A DNA stretch of 61,906 bases, the filler included, from Catajapyx aquilonaris (Eukaryota): assembly GCA_000934665.2 (NCBI GenBank). It is 2 parts of 2 records of this genome, joined end to end, with 100 filler letters (N's around TTAATTAATTAA, not from the genome) between each part and the next. Parts side by side here need not be neighbours in the genome. Positions count along the whole stretch, not along the records: positions 1 to 30,884 come from JYFJ02004612.1; 1 more part is not named here. One strand, given 5' to 3'. Shown in pieces: positions 1-12,600 of this stretch. Position 1 is the stretch's first letter. Each line of letters begins with the position of its first letter. Position numbers and translations under genes: made by a program. Under the pieces are notes generated by a model, which saw nothing but the letters and a program-made list of their open reading frames with translations, was not told where the DNA came from and made no database searches.

Positions 1-3000
1 GGCCGCAGTGGCGCTTTCCCATGTTAAACTCGCATAGACGGTGGCGCCACTGCGGAATTTTTCCATGTGTCGCCGTAATAAGCCGTGGACCACTACTAAT
101 ACCTGCGGACTAATTCCTTCCAGAATAAGCCTCTGTCAAGCCGAAGCATTAGTATCTGAGACAGAATTTATTGAACAAGAAATTGCAGTTTCAAACTCCA
201 GCCTTCAGGATTATTCGGGTAAGGTAGCAACATCCAAAGAGCCGGTCCAAATAAAACCGGATATTAAAGTGGCCTAATTCTGTTGATCAAACTCAATTTA
301 GTTTAATGTGAAAGTGAGGAAGCTGATAACGCACATCATACTGTTGCACTCTGGCCTCGGATTATTAGCAACAGTTGCACAAGTCCTGGATCAATAGGAC
401 TACTGTTTCAAGCACTTCCCTTAGCCCCTTTGATTTTTCCTTTTGGGGACTGGGACCTGAACGTTCCCCAAAGTAGCCAATCCGTCACTGTTGCTAACTG
501 CGCAAACCTCTTCGTAGTTATTGGCAAAATACTTCATCCGCCCTGCCAAACGGTTCAAGCCGACAGCTACATGGAAATTGTCACGCCTTCTCTCACAATG
601 GTGCATTCACAGGTGAAATATCATCGACAAACTGCATATCGGTACGAAGCAAATATCAATGCAACACACCAGTATTATAGGAGCGCGCTTACCATGCCAG
701 AGGGACACATCTATCATATTAAACACAGTACACATCACACATGGTAGAATCACACCAATCCAAGTGACGTCACTTAATGGGCCAAATTCGTAATTAATCT
801 GCGATTTCAAATTGCTTCATTATACGGATGGGGATTTCAGCAGAGAGAACTCGGTATGAGTTGCACGTGGTGATTAGATGATTAGGCGAATCCTTGCAAA
901 TTGCTATAATGTGTTTCAGTGTAGTTACGTCCCATAGCAATTTATGCAATAATGCTCTCAGTCATGCTGTGGGGGCCTTCACACTGTACGAATCACTACA
1001 GATTCTTTTTAATGCCTAACTGAAAATAATAAAAATACATTGCGGTGGAAATGTCGGGTGGCCTCAGACAGCCGTGCTAAAATGGTCTGAAAACCACCTG
1101 CAAACAACGCCAGAAGAACCCACTTCACTGGTGGGTGCGTATGCTTATGTAGTCTCTTGTGAATATTATTGGATTTTAAAATGTACAAATCCCGTCTGTA
1201 AGCCGGAGTAATACGGGAGCATGAAATACTCCAGAGACCACGCCGCTTCTACTAAAAATACCGTTTCTCTTGGTTCGGTGTGCTCTAATGGCAATTATAC
1301 AGAAAGCCAAGTTTCAGAGCAAACTGCACGGTAATCTAAAAGCACTTTAGATATCTGATAGAGTTAAGCTTGCACTTTCATATTTGGCCCAATTGCTCGC
1401 AGTAAAAGTTTTAGTTCCATATTACTCTATTCCAGCTCGGGACGACTTCCTACGCGTTAATTGCTATTAGGAAATCATGGTACCGCATTTTCATATAGCT
1501 TGAAATCTACTTTCCTATTTTTTGGAACTCAATTGAAGCACGATCAAGGCGCTACTTCTCTTTTCGTCAATGCTGCAATATCTGATCTTCTGCGCCGTTA
1601 TCACTTTGCTTCTGGAATGCATACGATTCGTAGGAAATGGTTTGATTTTTTTTCTTCTCCTTTTCTTTATCCACTTATTAGTTATTACTTTACGTTTTGC
1701 AGGACTTTTCCAAAACAAATCGTGCCGAATCAGGAAAATTCTAATCTGAGTGCAAACCTTTCCCCCACAACAATCCAGAATTGTTGGTGTCAGGCAGAAT
1801 CTTGGCTAAGTATAGGGAACATCATGGTGATACGTGTCTCGTCAATCGGACCCAAGCTAAAACTGATTGATTCTCTATTTAGTGATGCCCCTAATACAAT
1901 GGCATGGTTCTGAACGTATAACATGATCCAGTTCCGTAATGGGATCATACTGCTTCTGGCCTCTCTTCCCTCCCGCTTCTGCTTCCCACATTCCTGGGTG
2001 ATCGATGACCGCCCAATAGCAATTGCGGATGTTCATCTTGTCTATAATGTATAGCTTCAGTAATGAAAAACTGCTGCCAGAAATAATTAGGCCCGAAGTT
2101 ATTAATTATTCACATTAAATGGTGTACCGGGGGGGGTGTTGTATTGCGGTGTCTGTCTTGCATACTGCAAGGTTCGAATCTGAACAAATCCATCGAGGAT
2201 CGCTGAAATGACGTCACTAGGAACCATCCCTTGGTCAGTATCCTTCTGGCACCGTAAGACGTTGCATGGCAGCAGACAGGTGCTGGAAATTGGTTTTTGC
2301 CAATTCGCATCGTTCGCTTCCTGGCGCAGTTTAGTCAAGTCCTGCAAAGGCTGGCAGCACATTGGCTTTTTCATTGAACATTTTCCCCCATGGGTGGCAG
2401 GTGATTGACAACCATAGTGACCATATTGAAGGCTCAAAGTGAGGTAAGCGCCGCGAATGAGAAACATCTCAAGTTCTCTTATCTAGTTGACATGTTTCGC
2501 ATATTTGAGGTCGGTAATGCCTCGAGTGGGCGGGGGCTGTCCTTGCTCCTGTTTCCATCGTCTGGTCCTCGCAGCATCTGTCCAAGCGAGTTAGTCATGT
2601 TTAGGTGCTCAATGAAGGCGATCATTTTTGCTGCAATCTATGTACGGACAGAGTACTGACAGGTATTCGGTACAGCTACGAGGAAAAAGATGAAGGTGCC
2701 CATCTACCACTGGTGAAGGGGATCTGTAAGGTCCAGGTCCAGTGTACCTTCCATCTGCAGGCCAATTTGACATGCTTTTCCTCCAAACACCTCGATTACA
2801 ATATCGTGCTTCCTCCCCACAAGCGCACGTACAGGCAACATTACTCTAGCAGAAAGCACAAATTGAAATGAACCCCGATGAAATCATTGACGAAAAACAG
2901 GCATAACCATTTACATTTACAAGATCGAGTCTTGCATGCATGGCCTTCATAGCGGTAATCCACCCAGTGCAGTGGTTACATACGATGATGCATGAATGAG

Positions 3001-3293
3001 CAACAAAATACATGGTGTTTCTTTCCTGTAGATCGACTCACTTCTAGGGCGAATTCCTTGTAGCCAGGTGTCCATTTTTATGTGGGATTATCATTCGGCA
3101 GGCGAACGCCTCCTATCTGTGATTATTTATCGCTTGCATGGTGTAACATTCCCAGTGATCTACTGACAGAGAAAGAGCTGACTGCGTACGACTTCCAGGA
3201 GCCGCCTACCAAATGTCAACCCCACATCAACTAATCGTACAACGACGATGAACCCACCCTAGAAGTTTGACGTCCAGTTCAGACACACCTTAC

Positions 3294-3329
3294 CCTATCT
3301 GTTTGTGAAGCAAGAGGTGTTGATCCATC
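3294..3329 (-). CDS. Possible 36-nt exon of the Rbfox1-like gene (DGSTPLASQTDR)
   Basis: acaatag|GAT GGA...GAT AGG|gtaagg; in frame and phase 0, 124 nt downstream of the 162-nt exon; the acceptor is weak. Confidence 0.3.
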
Positions 3330-3453
3330 CTATTGTGTAGTACATTTGTCAGAGTGCCGCCACCAGAAAGACACAAAACACCAGTGTTGACAGAAGTGAG
3401 AAAGACAAGCCGTGCAGAAGGATATACACTGTGACTGCGAAGGAATAACTTAC

Positions 3454-3615
3454 TGTCTGCTGCTCGACACCGTTGGCTGTGACGGTGGGCGGGGAGTATG
3501 GCGGTCCACCCAACGGACCTTCCTTGGTCGCGTCCGCAGCCTTGGGTATGCCCGCCTCCCCATTTTGGGCATACTGGGCTGTGTACGGTGCGGCCATGCC
3601 CGTTTGGACCATGTG
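3454..3615 (-). CDS. Rbfox1: Rbfox1-like N-terminal coding exon (54 aa)
   Basis: ctctgccctttcacag|CAC ATG GTC CAA...CAG ACA|gtaagt; 162 nt, open frame, Ala/Pro/Gly-rich HMVQTGM...NGVEQQT segment. Confidence 0.8.
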
Positions 3616-6600
3616 CTGTGAAAGGGCAGAGGTAGAAAGGCAAAGGTTAGTCACCCGCCTCCCAAAAGCTACAGAAGAAAGTGCTCTAAAGAAGAAGAAC
3701 TGGCCTTGCACAGCAAGGGGATTCAACTCGTCTGGAACAACACACACATAGACACAAAGACAGACAGACATACAGTCACACAAACACAAGTCTTCCCGTG
3801 ACACCTCGTCAGGCGCCAAGCTCTATTGGCGTCTAATCTGACCCTGACGAATTGTCAACGGGAGATGTCTGTCGACGTGTTACGTTAAGCCACTCAAGTT
3901 GGACACCCTCGAAATCAAGCTATACAGTTTGGAGTTAGTGCAGGTTAGCGGATAGTGTTCAAGAAGAGATCCAACATACACGCGCTTCAACCAAGAACGA
4001 TAAAGAAGTAAAGCTCTGTCCTAGTCCAAGTACTTGCTTAATTCCGCGATCAAGTGATGATCGCGAGGGAGCCGACTTCCAATTTGTTAATTGGCCGCCC
4101 TCATCCTCACAAAAGACACGTAGATGGGAGCTAAAAAGGTTTGAATTATTTTGTGCGGAGTTTTATGTGCGGTTCCTTTGGTTTGAAACACGGCAAGCAA
4201 GTACACCTCGCACTTGATCAAAATCGCGCAGGAATTTCCGACCGGGTTTCACGGTTATGTATCACTGCAGTCCGGGGAACAGTGTAATAAAATCTCCGTC
4301 CCCACCACCAATAAATCAATATTGCGCCGCACTGTGCAAGCCAAAAGCGGTATTAGACTCACTGGAGAGGGAACACCCAGGCCCCCTTATCAAGAAGGAA
4401 CCAGCCTGGTTTCCATCACCATTCTCAGGTGCCGTGGACCTAACCAGCCAAGGGTGGTCCTGAGAAGGGGAAATCACCTCCCCAAACTTGTGTCACTTTT
4501 CCAAGCGCTTAGCTGGAAACCTCCAGCAGAGACGGTATGTTAGCTATGTAGAAAGGAGGGTGTTTCAACTTGATGCAGATTCAGGCAGGGCCCCCCTTCC
4601 TTTGCATATTTCATGCCGCGCCAGCACGGCGGGGGAGGAACCTCCTTACCACACCAATGGCTTTTGCACCATGCAGACTATATGTACAGCCAGGTCAACA
4701 AGAAAATTGCTCTTGCTCCAAAAAGTGGTCTACTGGAAACCACATAAGGACAGTGGAATATTGCATGTTTCTCAACCGGTTCCTGTCGGGCATCGAGTGT
4801 GATTCGCCCAAACGCCATGTAGCTATATACATATTATCGATGTGGAGATAAACATCGATTAACAACCAATATGCCCACGGGCTGCTTATTTTACATGGCA
4901 CATGTGGGATGTGAGAGGTGGCTTTGCAGTGATGCACCTTTTATGAGAAATTGATTACTAGGAATTTGTATAACCTATGAGGAATCAGAACTTTAATTAG
5001 CCTGCAATTTGGGTCGGGTGACGAACAGTCCGGAGATGGTTCTACGTATGCTGTACACACATTTCTGCCGGACCCTTCCTATTTCGAGTACATTAAACCT
5101 TTAATCATAGAACTTATTGACACGTGCAGTCACACACGGGGAAGAAAATCATTGGCCATTATCACACTACAACCACGACAGCCGATACCAATAACCTAAT
5201 GCAATTGCATTAAAAGCTCCGGTGCTGCTATCAAACTCTGATATTAATGAGCTCAATGAGAGTGTAATCGGAAGGGGTCAATTGGGTACGCAGCATCGCG
5301 GAAAGTCGGGCTTACACAGTGATGCCACTCTGCCGTGTGGGTCCGACCGTCTGTCGCACTCTGCTAAGACGACTATCAAACTTCGGTAATCATGTCATCC
5401 TAAGCGCTTTCCAACCTGAGTCCCGGGCACTTTCCAATTATAATATACCGTATACTGTTTGTTCTCTCAGAATGGTATTCTGCAGGTCAATTATTATGAT
5501 CGCAATATAAATAGTAGCTATACTAACGATGCCTCTCCGGGGCCTGGACGATGGGATCCTATTTACAAGCAGTTTATTTTTGTGACTCTTTGCTCTGAAG
5601 TTGGAGTCGGTCTATAAAAAGCCCACTAGCCTTGCCCTATTAATTTAATGCACGTAGCTTTGAAAATGACTGTCCAAAAATATGTCTGAAAGAAACACTA
5701 CAACAAGCCTTCTCCTCGAAGCAGCTATTTTCAGAAAGGCTAGTCCTGCAGCATGTCTTCAGATGCAGATTTCTGGAGAAGGCATCATTAAAAGTGTGGG
5801 TTGCAGATGTCGCTCACCCCCCAATTATAGCAAAGAGGTGAGCGTGGCAACAGTACACATACATACCATGAATACTTGATTATGTATGCGACAAAATCAA
5901 TGCAAGTATTTTTTACTCGCTCACTAGCTGATATTGACTTGGCACTCGGGCCGTGTCCTTGTCATTCGCGTATTCCAATTATCAAGTCCAGTGTTGCAGA
6001 ACAAAACAGCGTATCCACCACACCTTCTCCGTGTCAGTTAGGGTCACATCGACCATTGCGCCTCCCATTATGTGCACAGTACCGTCATGTGGCAGCCTCG
6101 CAAATCCGATCAACCACGGTGGCACGAATAAGTATTGCCCTTATACTTACACCATAGCATGACAATTCCCCTGATTACCCCTAGGCGCCGATTCTGATCG
6201 GTCCCGATCTAGACAAACTGTGATTGCGGCATGTGAAATTATCTACACCATGTGTAACATTTTCAGCAAAACCTTTGGTCCAAATTGAGTAGAGTTTTTG
6301 CACATTATAAGTGGCTAATTCCGATGCATACCGCGTCCCTCTTGTGTGAAGTGCTCACAATTAATTACGGAACGCCGTCAGCTGAAAATGATAGGGATAT
6401 GCACTCGACTAGGGGGTTGTTCCATTTCAAAAACCATATAACGAACACGCTGCGGGGGCCTATGCTACTAGGGGTCGGTTGGGGAAAGAAGAGGAGGATG
6501 GGACCAGGGTGGAAGGGGGATAGAGAGGAAAATAGACTCGTAAATAACAAACCCAGGAGGTCGATGCTCGTGCCTGGGTCTCATCTTTCGTAAATGACGC

Positions 6601-9600
6601 AAATAGACGACAAATCTGCAGTATGGTCGGGATATTACTCTCTTAGACGATAACCTGGCTAAAATGCGTCTTTTCTGGGAGGTTGTAGCATCAAGAGTGA
6701 ACTGCTCACCGTAAATACCACGTAAAGCCTACTATTTATAGTGGTAAGGCATTTTTTACGCCGTTGCTTTGGACGCATGGCTTTATGTATGGGCACGCAT
6801 GAAATCTAGGCTGTGGAGGATTTTTGGCAATATAATTCAAACTTCCCGGGGACACGAATCCCTAGTGTGCCGGCCACCAACAAATCCCGCAATCTTTTTC
6901 AACGCGGCTCAGCAGGGAGATGACTTGTACATGTGGGTGCGTGCACATCCTTGTCATGTACCATACAAATGGAGATGTGCAGTACTATTCTGGTACTATT
7001 ACATTGATCGCACAGACACGAAAAAGACGGGACACATTCCGCATATTGACGTACGGTATTTTTAACAATTCTGCTTATCGATAAGCTACTTGAACCATCT
7101 GGCGATTTTAAAGCAGTATAAAACTGTTGAAAATTGGGGAACACCACTTACACAGGTACATTGTAGTTTTTCCATTCATTTCGAGGAATTACCAGTGGGA
7201 CTCCAAAATTGAACACCGTCCCTGCTAAATGCTCATCACAATGCAATGGCCTACACAATAATGCAAATGGGGGGTGCTTCGCCGTCAATCAAATTTCGGA
7301 AAGAGTTCGGCAGCCCCACATTAGCAGGAATATCCTGGAATATTCACCGGTTCATGGGATGACAACACCCGCTCCAAGGGTCATAGTCGTTACCCAGAAT
7401 AGTCGAGAATCAACACGCGAACCTAGCATTAGCCCCTAGTCTCCGCTCAAAAGAACCACGTAATTTCATGCTTACCAAAACTTTCTCCTCTCACGAGTAT
7501 GTCTACTGGTACCCACAGTAATTTAGCCCTAGTACGGGTGGCAATAGGCACGCATGTCCAACTCCTTCAGAAAAATATGAACCCCATTGGCCTAATGTGT
7601 AACGCATCTACATCGCCTATTTTCGGTGCAATCCCAAGCTGCGACATCTTCTCTGCTTCCATCCTTCCTCTACCCGCAGGACATGCTTTTTTCCAGACTC
7701 TTTTTTGCCCATTAGTAGCAAGGAGTGACACGTGGAAAGCAGCGAGGACTGATAGCTTCGGAGTGGGTAGGCCTAATAAAGAATCCCAGGCAGACGCGCC
7801 TTGTCCATCTCTCCTCTCGTCTAAGTTACTCACGGTTCCGCTATAGCATACAGGGTGGCACAAACACTAGAGTTCAAGTCCAACCTAGGTACAATACAGA
7901 ATTTTGTGCTTCTACATTTTATTTGATTTCTGCGACATACTCCACATCTGCACAACTACCAGGAGGCAAAGGCACAAAATAATATATTAGAATTGTTAGC
8001 TTAGGTCGCAGAAAAAAATTTGCCGATGAATAGATGCTAATTACAAGCATTAGCTGAGCAAGCAAGATTGCGCGGATCAAGTGTCGGAACATTGTGATCA
8101 AGGTAATCTCGACATGGGCGACACCAATGTAACAAAATACTGTTGGTGATGAATAATGTCGGTCATAACCAATTACTATTCCGAAAATGCTCATTAAAAT
8201 GGATTGCGGGAGTAAAGAGCACAGCGCTTCAGTGCGAGACGCTCATTAATTTTGGCAGAATCAACCCCACCAGGGAGGTGGGGATAGCTTTGCAAGTGAA
8301 CCGAATCCTAATTTTCTCTAAGAGAAGTAGCCTCGCGTTACCTCCCAACCACAAAATGCAAATTCAAATATTCCAACTCGGATCTAATGATTTCTGTCCC
8401 ACTTGAAAATAAGCTTTTCCTTGTACAGGCAACGCTGCCTGCATACGGATCTGATCTGATTTCCCCTGCGGGCTGGCAACCCCGCCACATTTGCGTGCCT
8501 AGACCTGCTCATAAACGGATCTTGCTCCGAGTCCGAAATATGTGTCCTAAAACAGCCAACATTACGTGTAATGCTAGTGGGACGTGACTCAAGCGACGAG
8601 GCCAGATAAAGCAGGATGTCGCCACTTAAATTTCATTTCGACCCATTTGGTCCGTCATCGCGTTAACACGAGCTAAGAATCGAGAAGGTCATGTATGGGC
8701 TGACTACAACGCCGCTCTCATGCTACTCCAAGTCTAAAGGGTTCTACTCAAATGAACCGCCATCGCTTTGTGTCACTACACTTGGATTGGCGGCTGACGA
8801 AGGGAGCCAGCCAATTCCTAATCCTTTTATTCGCACTTTGACCAATGACCTTTTCCTGACCACACTCTCTATCATGCTACTTACTGCCAGCAAAATTTCA
8901 TCCTAATTCTATTAGGATCAAAAAGTGGCGCACAGACGCGCAATACTGTTACATGTGCCCAAGTACTACCTCCCTTTTTAAGCTAGGTTTTTTATTTAAA
9001 AAAAAAACTGGTCTAAAAAAGAAAGCAGCAGTTTCAGGATTGTTATCTCCCCTTCGGCGCAAAATGCAGATGTCGGCTGCGAGAAACAGGTCCTGAGATC
9101 GATTTATGCTAAAGAGGCTTGTGGAAGTGCAAGCCAAAACCTAACTTTGTTGCCAAAACGCTGATTCTAGACAATCTCCGCATTAATTCGCCTCAGTAAA
9201 CGCTCCTGAGAGCTAACGGACCCTCCTTTTTGCAGGCAGTAGTCATGAAGATGCTTACGATGCTTGAATCCCCGCCATTTTGATTCGGCGCAAGAATAGT
9301 TGTCACCCGGCGACAGACCAATCCCCTATGGCTGAATGTGTAGTCACGTCAGACGGACACGATGGAAATGACAATCACTTGTGCAACTTTTAACACCAGC
9401 CTGCCACATCTACATGTATTACCCCCGTCCATGGTTGCACGCAATTATTTTCCAATATGCAAATGACGAGGCACGTCCGCTGTCAGATTCTGAACGCGGG
9501 GTACGGCAAACACCTAGTGTTAAGGACCATCGACGTCATTGTTGAACCATGGGCCGGGCGGTGTTGCCGATCGGGAGTAACGCTAGGCCAATACCCCAGC

Positions 9601-12600
9601 AGATGTCGCATGCCAAGTGCTCATAAGACGAGGTTAAGTAGTCACGATCGGACGCAGTCTTTCCCCTACTTGCGTGCCTTTGACCCCCCTTACCCCATAC
9701 ACGCTTCGAAGTTTCTGGTCTCACAAAAGAGGGTGACGATGATTACGATGATGGCTGGTAAGATGACGGGGACCCCCAGTTTTTTATACTTACCCCAGGA
9801 CTATCAATATTCCATCGCGATTGTAGGAAAAAACCGCGCTATTCTTACTTTCGTAACCTCGCCCCTTTGACCTCCAAACGACAAACCTCTTGTTATGCAC
9901 GCTAGCAGACAAATTATCGTTGGTAAGTTTGCATATCGCATCCTTGACGTGTTTCGCTTATACCGCGTGAATATTCTTGCAGGTCCGATAATGTTTGCAA
10001 TGTTCCTATAGTGTAGGTAAAACACGAACACATCCTCACATTGATAGCAATTTACACATACCAACCCACCCACATCATTCACTCTCTCTCTCTCTCACAC
10101 ACACACAGAGGCGACGTCCGCCATAAAAGCCCGTCATCAATAGATCGCACTACCCGCTAGGATTTAGCCGTAATTAATTTGGGCCCTAACGTGCCTTTTT
10201 CTTGCCTGAGTTCATCGATAATGACAACGGGGTCTCGCTCAACATTATTTACACCCAAGTAATTCGCAGGAGGTCGCATTTCCTCTCCTAGGGTACAAAA
10301 TGGTGAAGTTGAATGGTGGAAATGCGAGGCTTGGGGAAAAAGGAATTTTTTTCCCCCTCAGCTACACGTCACGTAGGCTTAGGAACTAATGTGCTATTTT
10401 CGGGTATCAAGAGCCGAACTTCCTGCGACGACTGAGTAAGATGTCGGGCACAGTTCTGGTCTTTCCCTTCCAGCCCACTCGTAGGCGCTCTCCCAAAAGC
10501 TCACTTCAGGTTGAGCCTGGCCATTTTCAAGCAGTCACGTCTCTTCTTTCATCTCATTTGAACACCCCCCGCAACCCATGGCCTTCTTAGTAGTTCTTCA
10601 CCAGGCGCTTCTTAAGCCAGCCTGTCCCAGCCTTCACTCGCAATTGAATTGTTTTCATGCCACGGCTGGGATCAAAGCTCATAGCTGGACACCGTCACAC
10701 CATATGTCACCTTTGCTCACCTACACATATGTGCATACTCTTAGATATCAAGTCTGCAACAGAATATATTTTATGCATAACATAATTATGCACCAAATAT
10801 ATATTTGCAGAATTTGCTGTTTCAAAAATATGGGCAGCAATTGAAGGGAAATGCTAATAGACTCAGCTAGGCAAATCGTTGTTTGTCACATATGGCTGAA
10901 ACGGATGGGAGTAAGTAGAAAATAAGCATGAAAGCTGGGTAAATGAACCCGCCTAGCAGAGCAGTCACGGGGGTTGGGATCGGAAAGGGCCATTGAGAGG
11001 ATGCCGGCAGAAAGTGTGACCAAGAAGCTCTGGAGCCTACCTCCTGTGCATGTTAACAGCCCGTGAGCTGCCGGTTCGTTTCTTCCTCGCCTCCAACTAG
11101 ATAACACAACTAAAACTTGATGCCTTTCGACCGCTCTAGGTCCTCTTCTCTCCACACCTCCCTGATCACCTTATGACTCTTTAAATATTGCGTTAGATTA
11201 ATTCGATATTTTAATTACGACCTATGCAAATGCTCATTTTCTACCAATGCTGAGTTTCCTTGATTGTGGTGTTTGCTCCAGGATAACCGTTTTATCGCTT
11301 GGTATCTTTCTCCGGAGATCCCATACATATCACGACCAGTCTCAATTAAAACAGTACAAGTGACACTCATGAGGCAAGCTGGAGGAGGTCGTCGAAACTG
11401 TACGAGACCGCTGGCTTTCTGACGTTGTCATTTCGATCTTTTACTGCGCACACAAACTTGAAAAACCTCCGCAGGGCTGATTCAGACACCCTGGCTCCGT
11501 TTAAGTTGATCGCAGCTCTAAGTGACCCCCCCCCCCCCCCCCCCCNGCCCCTTCGGTCCTGAATTTTCTGACAACGTGCAATCGCCGGCATAATGATGGA
11601 GACAGGATTTGTCAGCTAAATTCTGAACCACACGGTACACACATAGAAGTGAAACCATGAAAGGGAACCACCTCTAATGACGGGATAGGATTTGACAAGG
11701 GAGCTGGAGTGAAGGGGGTGGGGGGCATTGGAGAAGCTCCACTGATGAACATTTCACTCCCAGACTTCATTTGCTCGTAATAAATCCCGGGTTTTATCGG
11801 TCGGCAGCACGGAGCAGCGGCCGGGACTCGCCAAGCACTCGGCCGTTAAAAGAAAAGTACAGGAAAACTATTAGAGCCCGTCATAACCGGTCCCCTCAAC
11901 TACAGGCTCTGTTATCATTTGGTGCTTGGGCCTTCTCGCCTGCCAATAGGTCATTTGCCATCGAGTGTTGGCTGCTGTCAGAATATGCACACACAAAAAG
12001 CCAGCCCACTCTGATTTGGTAGAGGACATCCAAATTGCCCAGCTACTGTGGCTTACTTCCATGACAAGTGATTTGCATGCATTATTGACTGTTTATCTAC
12101 GGCGCTTGGCTATGCTAGTTGCACAACAGCAGATGTTAACGCGGTGGAAAAGTGATTTCATGTGGGAATGACTTGTTTGCCCATATTTGGTCAAATTTCC
12201 ACCTGGCAAATTTACAGTTGGAGCCAGACTTTTTCGCATACTTATTCCTGCTCGATAGCGCAGAATACACGTTATTCACTTGGGCTAGACCGGGGCGCCG
12301 GGTGTTCCCAACTCCACGCAATACAGTTAAGTCCAAGTTGCGCCTAAAGCTGCAATGGCGCGCATTCCTTCCAATGCATTGTGATCCCTGGCCAGGCCAG
12401 CAGGCGCTTAATAATTATTTCCATTTCCCAACAGCTGGTGCAGACTCGACTCTTGTATAACAGGCCCTGGTTATGTATTTAACAATGCAGCCATATACTA
12501 CTGCACTGTACACTCGCAATTCTATACCATCGGAGGCGGTGCTAGTGTGGCTTTGACACCCGCTTTTCAATTTCTGGGGGAACCTATAAGCGCACGGCAG

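Noticed and set aside
3..55. 12-bp inverted repeat ccgcagtggcgc/gcgccactgcgg
   Set aside because: Truncated by the window edge; probably part of a repeat but not classifiable
3807..3820. 14-mer cgtcaggcgccaag shared with 37449-37462
   Set aside because: A single short match without flanking similarity; may be chance
11526..11550. Long C/G homopolymers ending in a single n (also ~22753, 25753, 29083, 35467, 59361)
   Set aside because: Length is unreliable and the n marks sequencing or assembly ambiguity; not treated as G-quadruplex features
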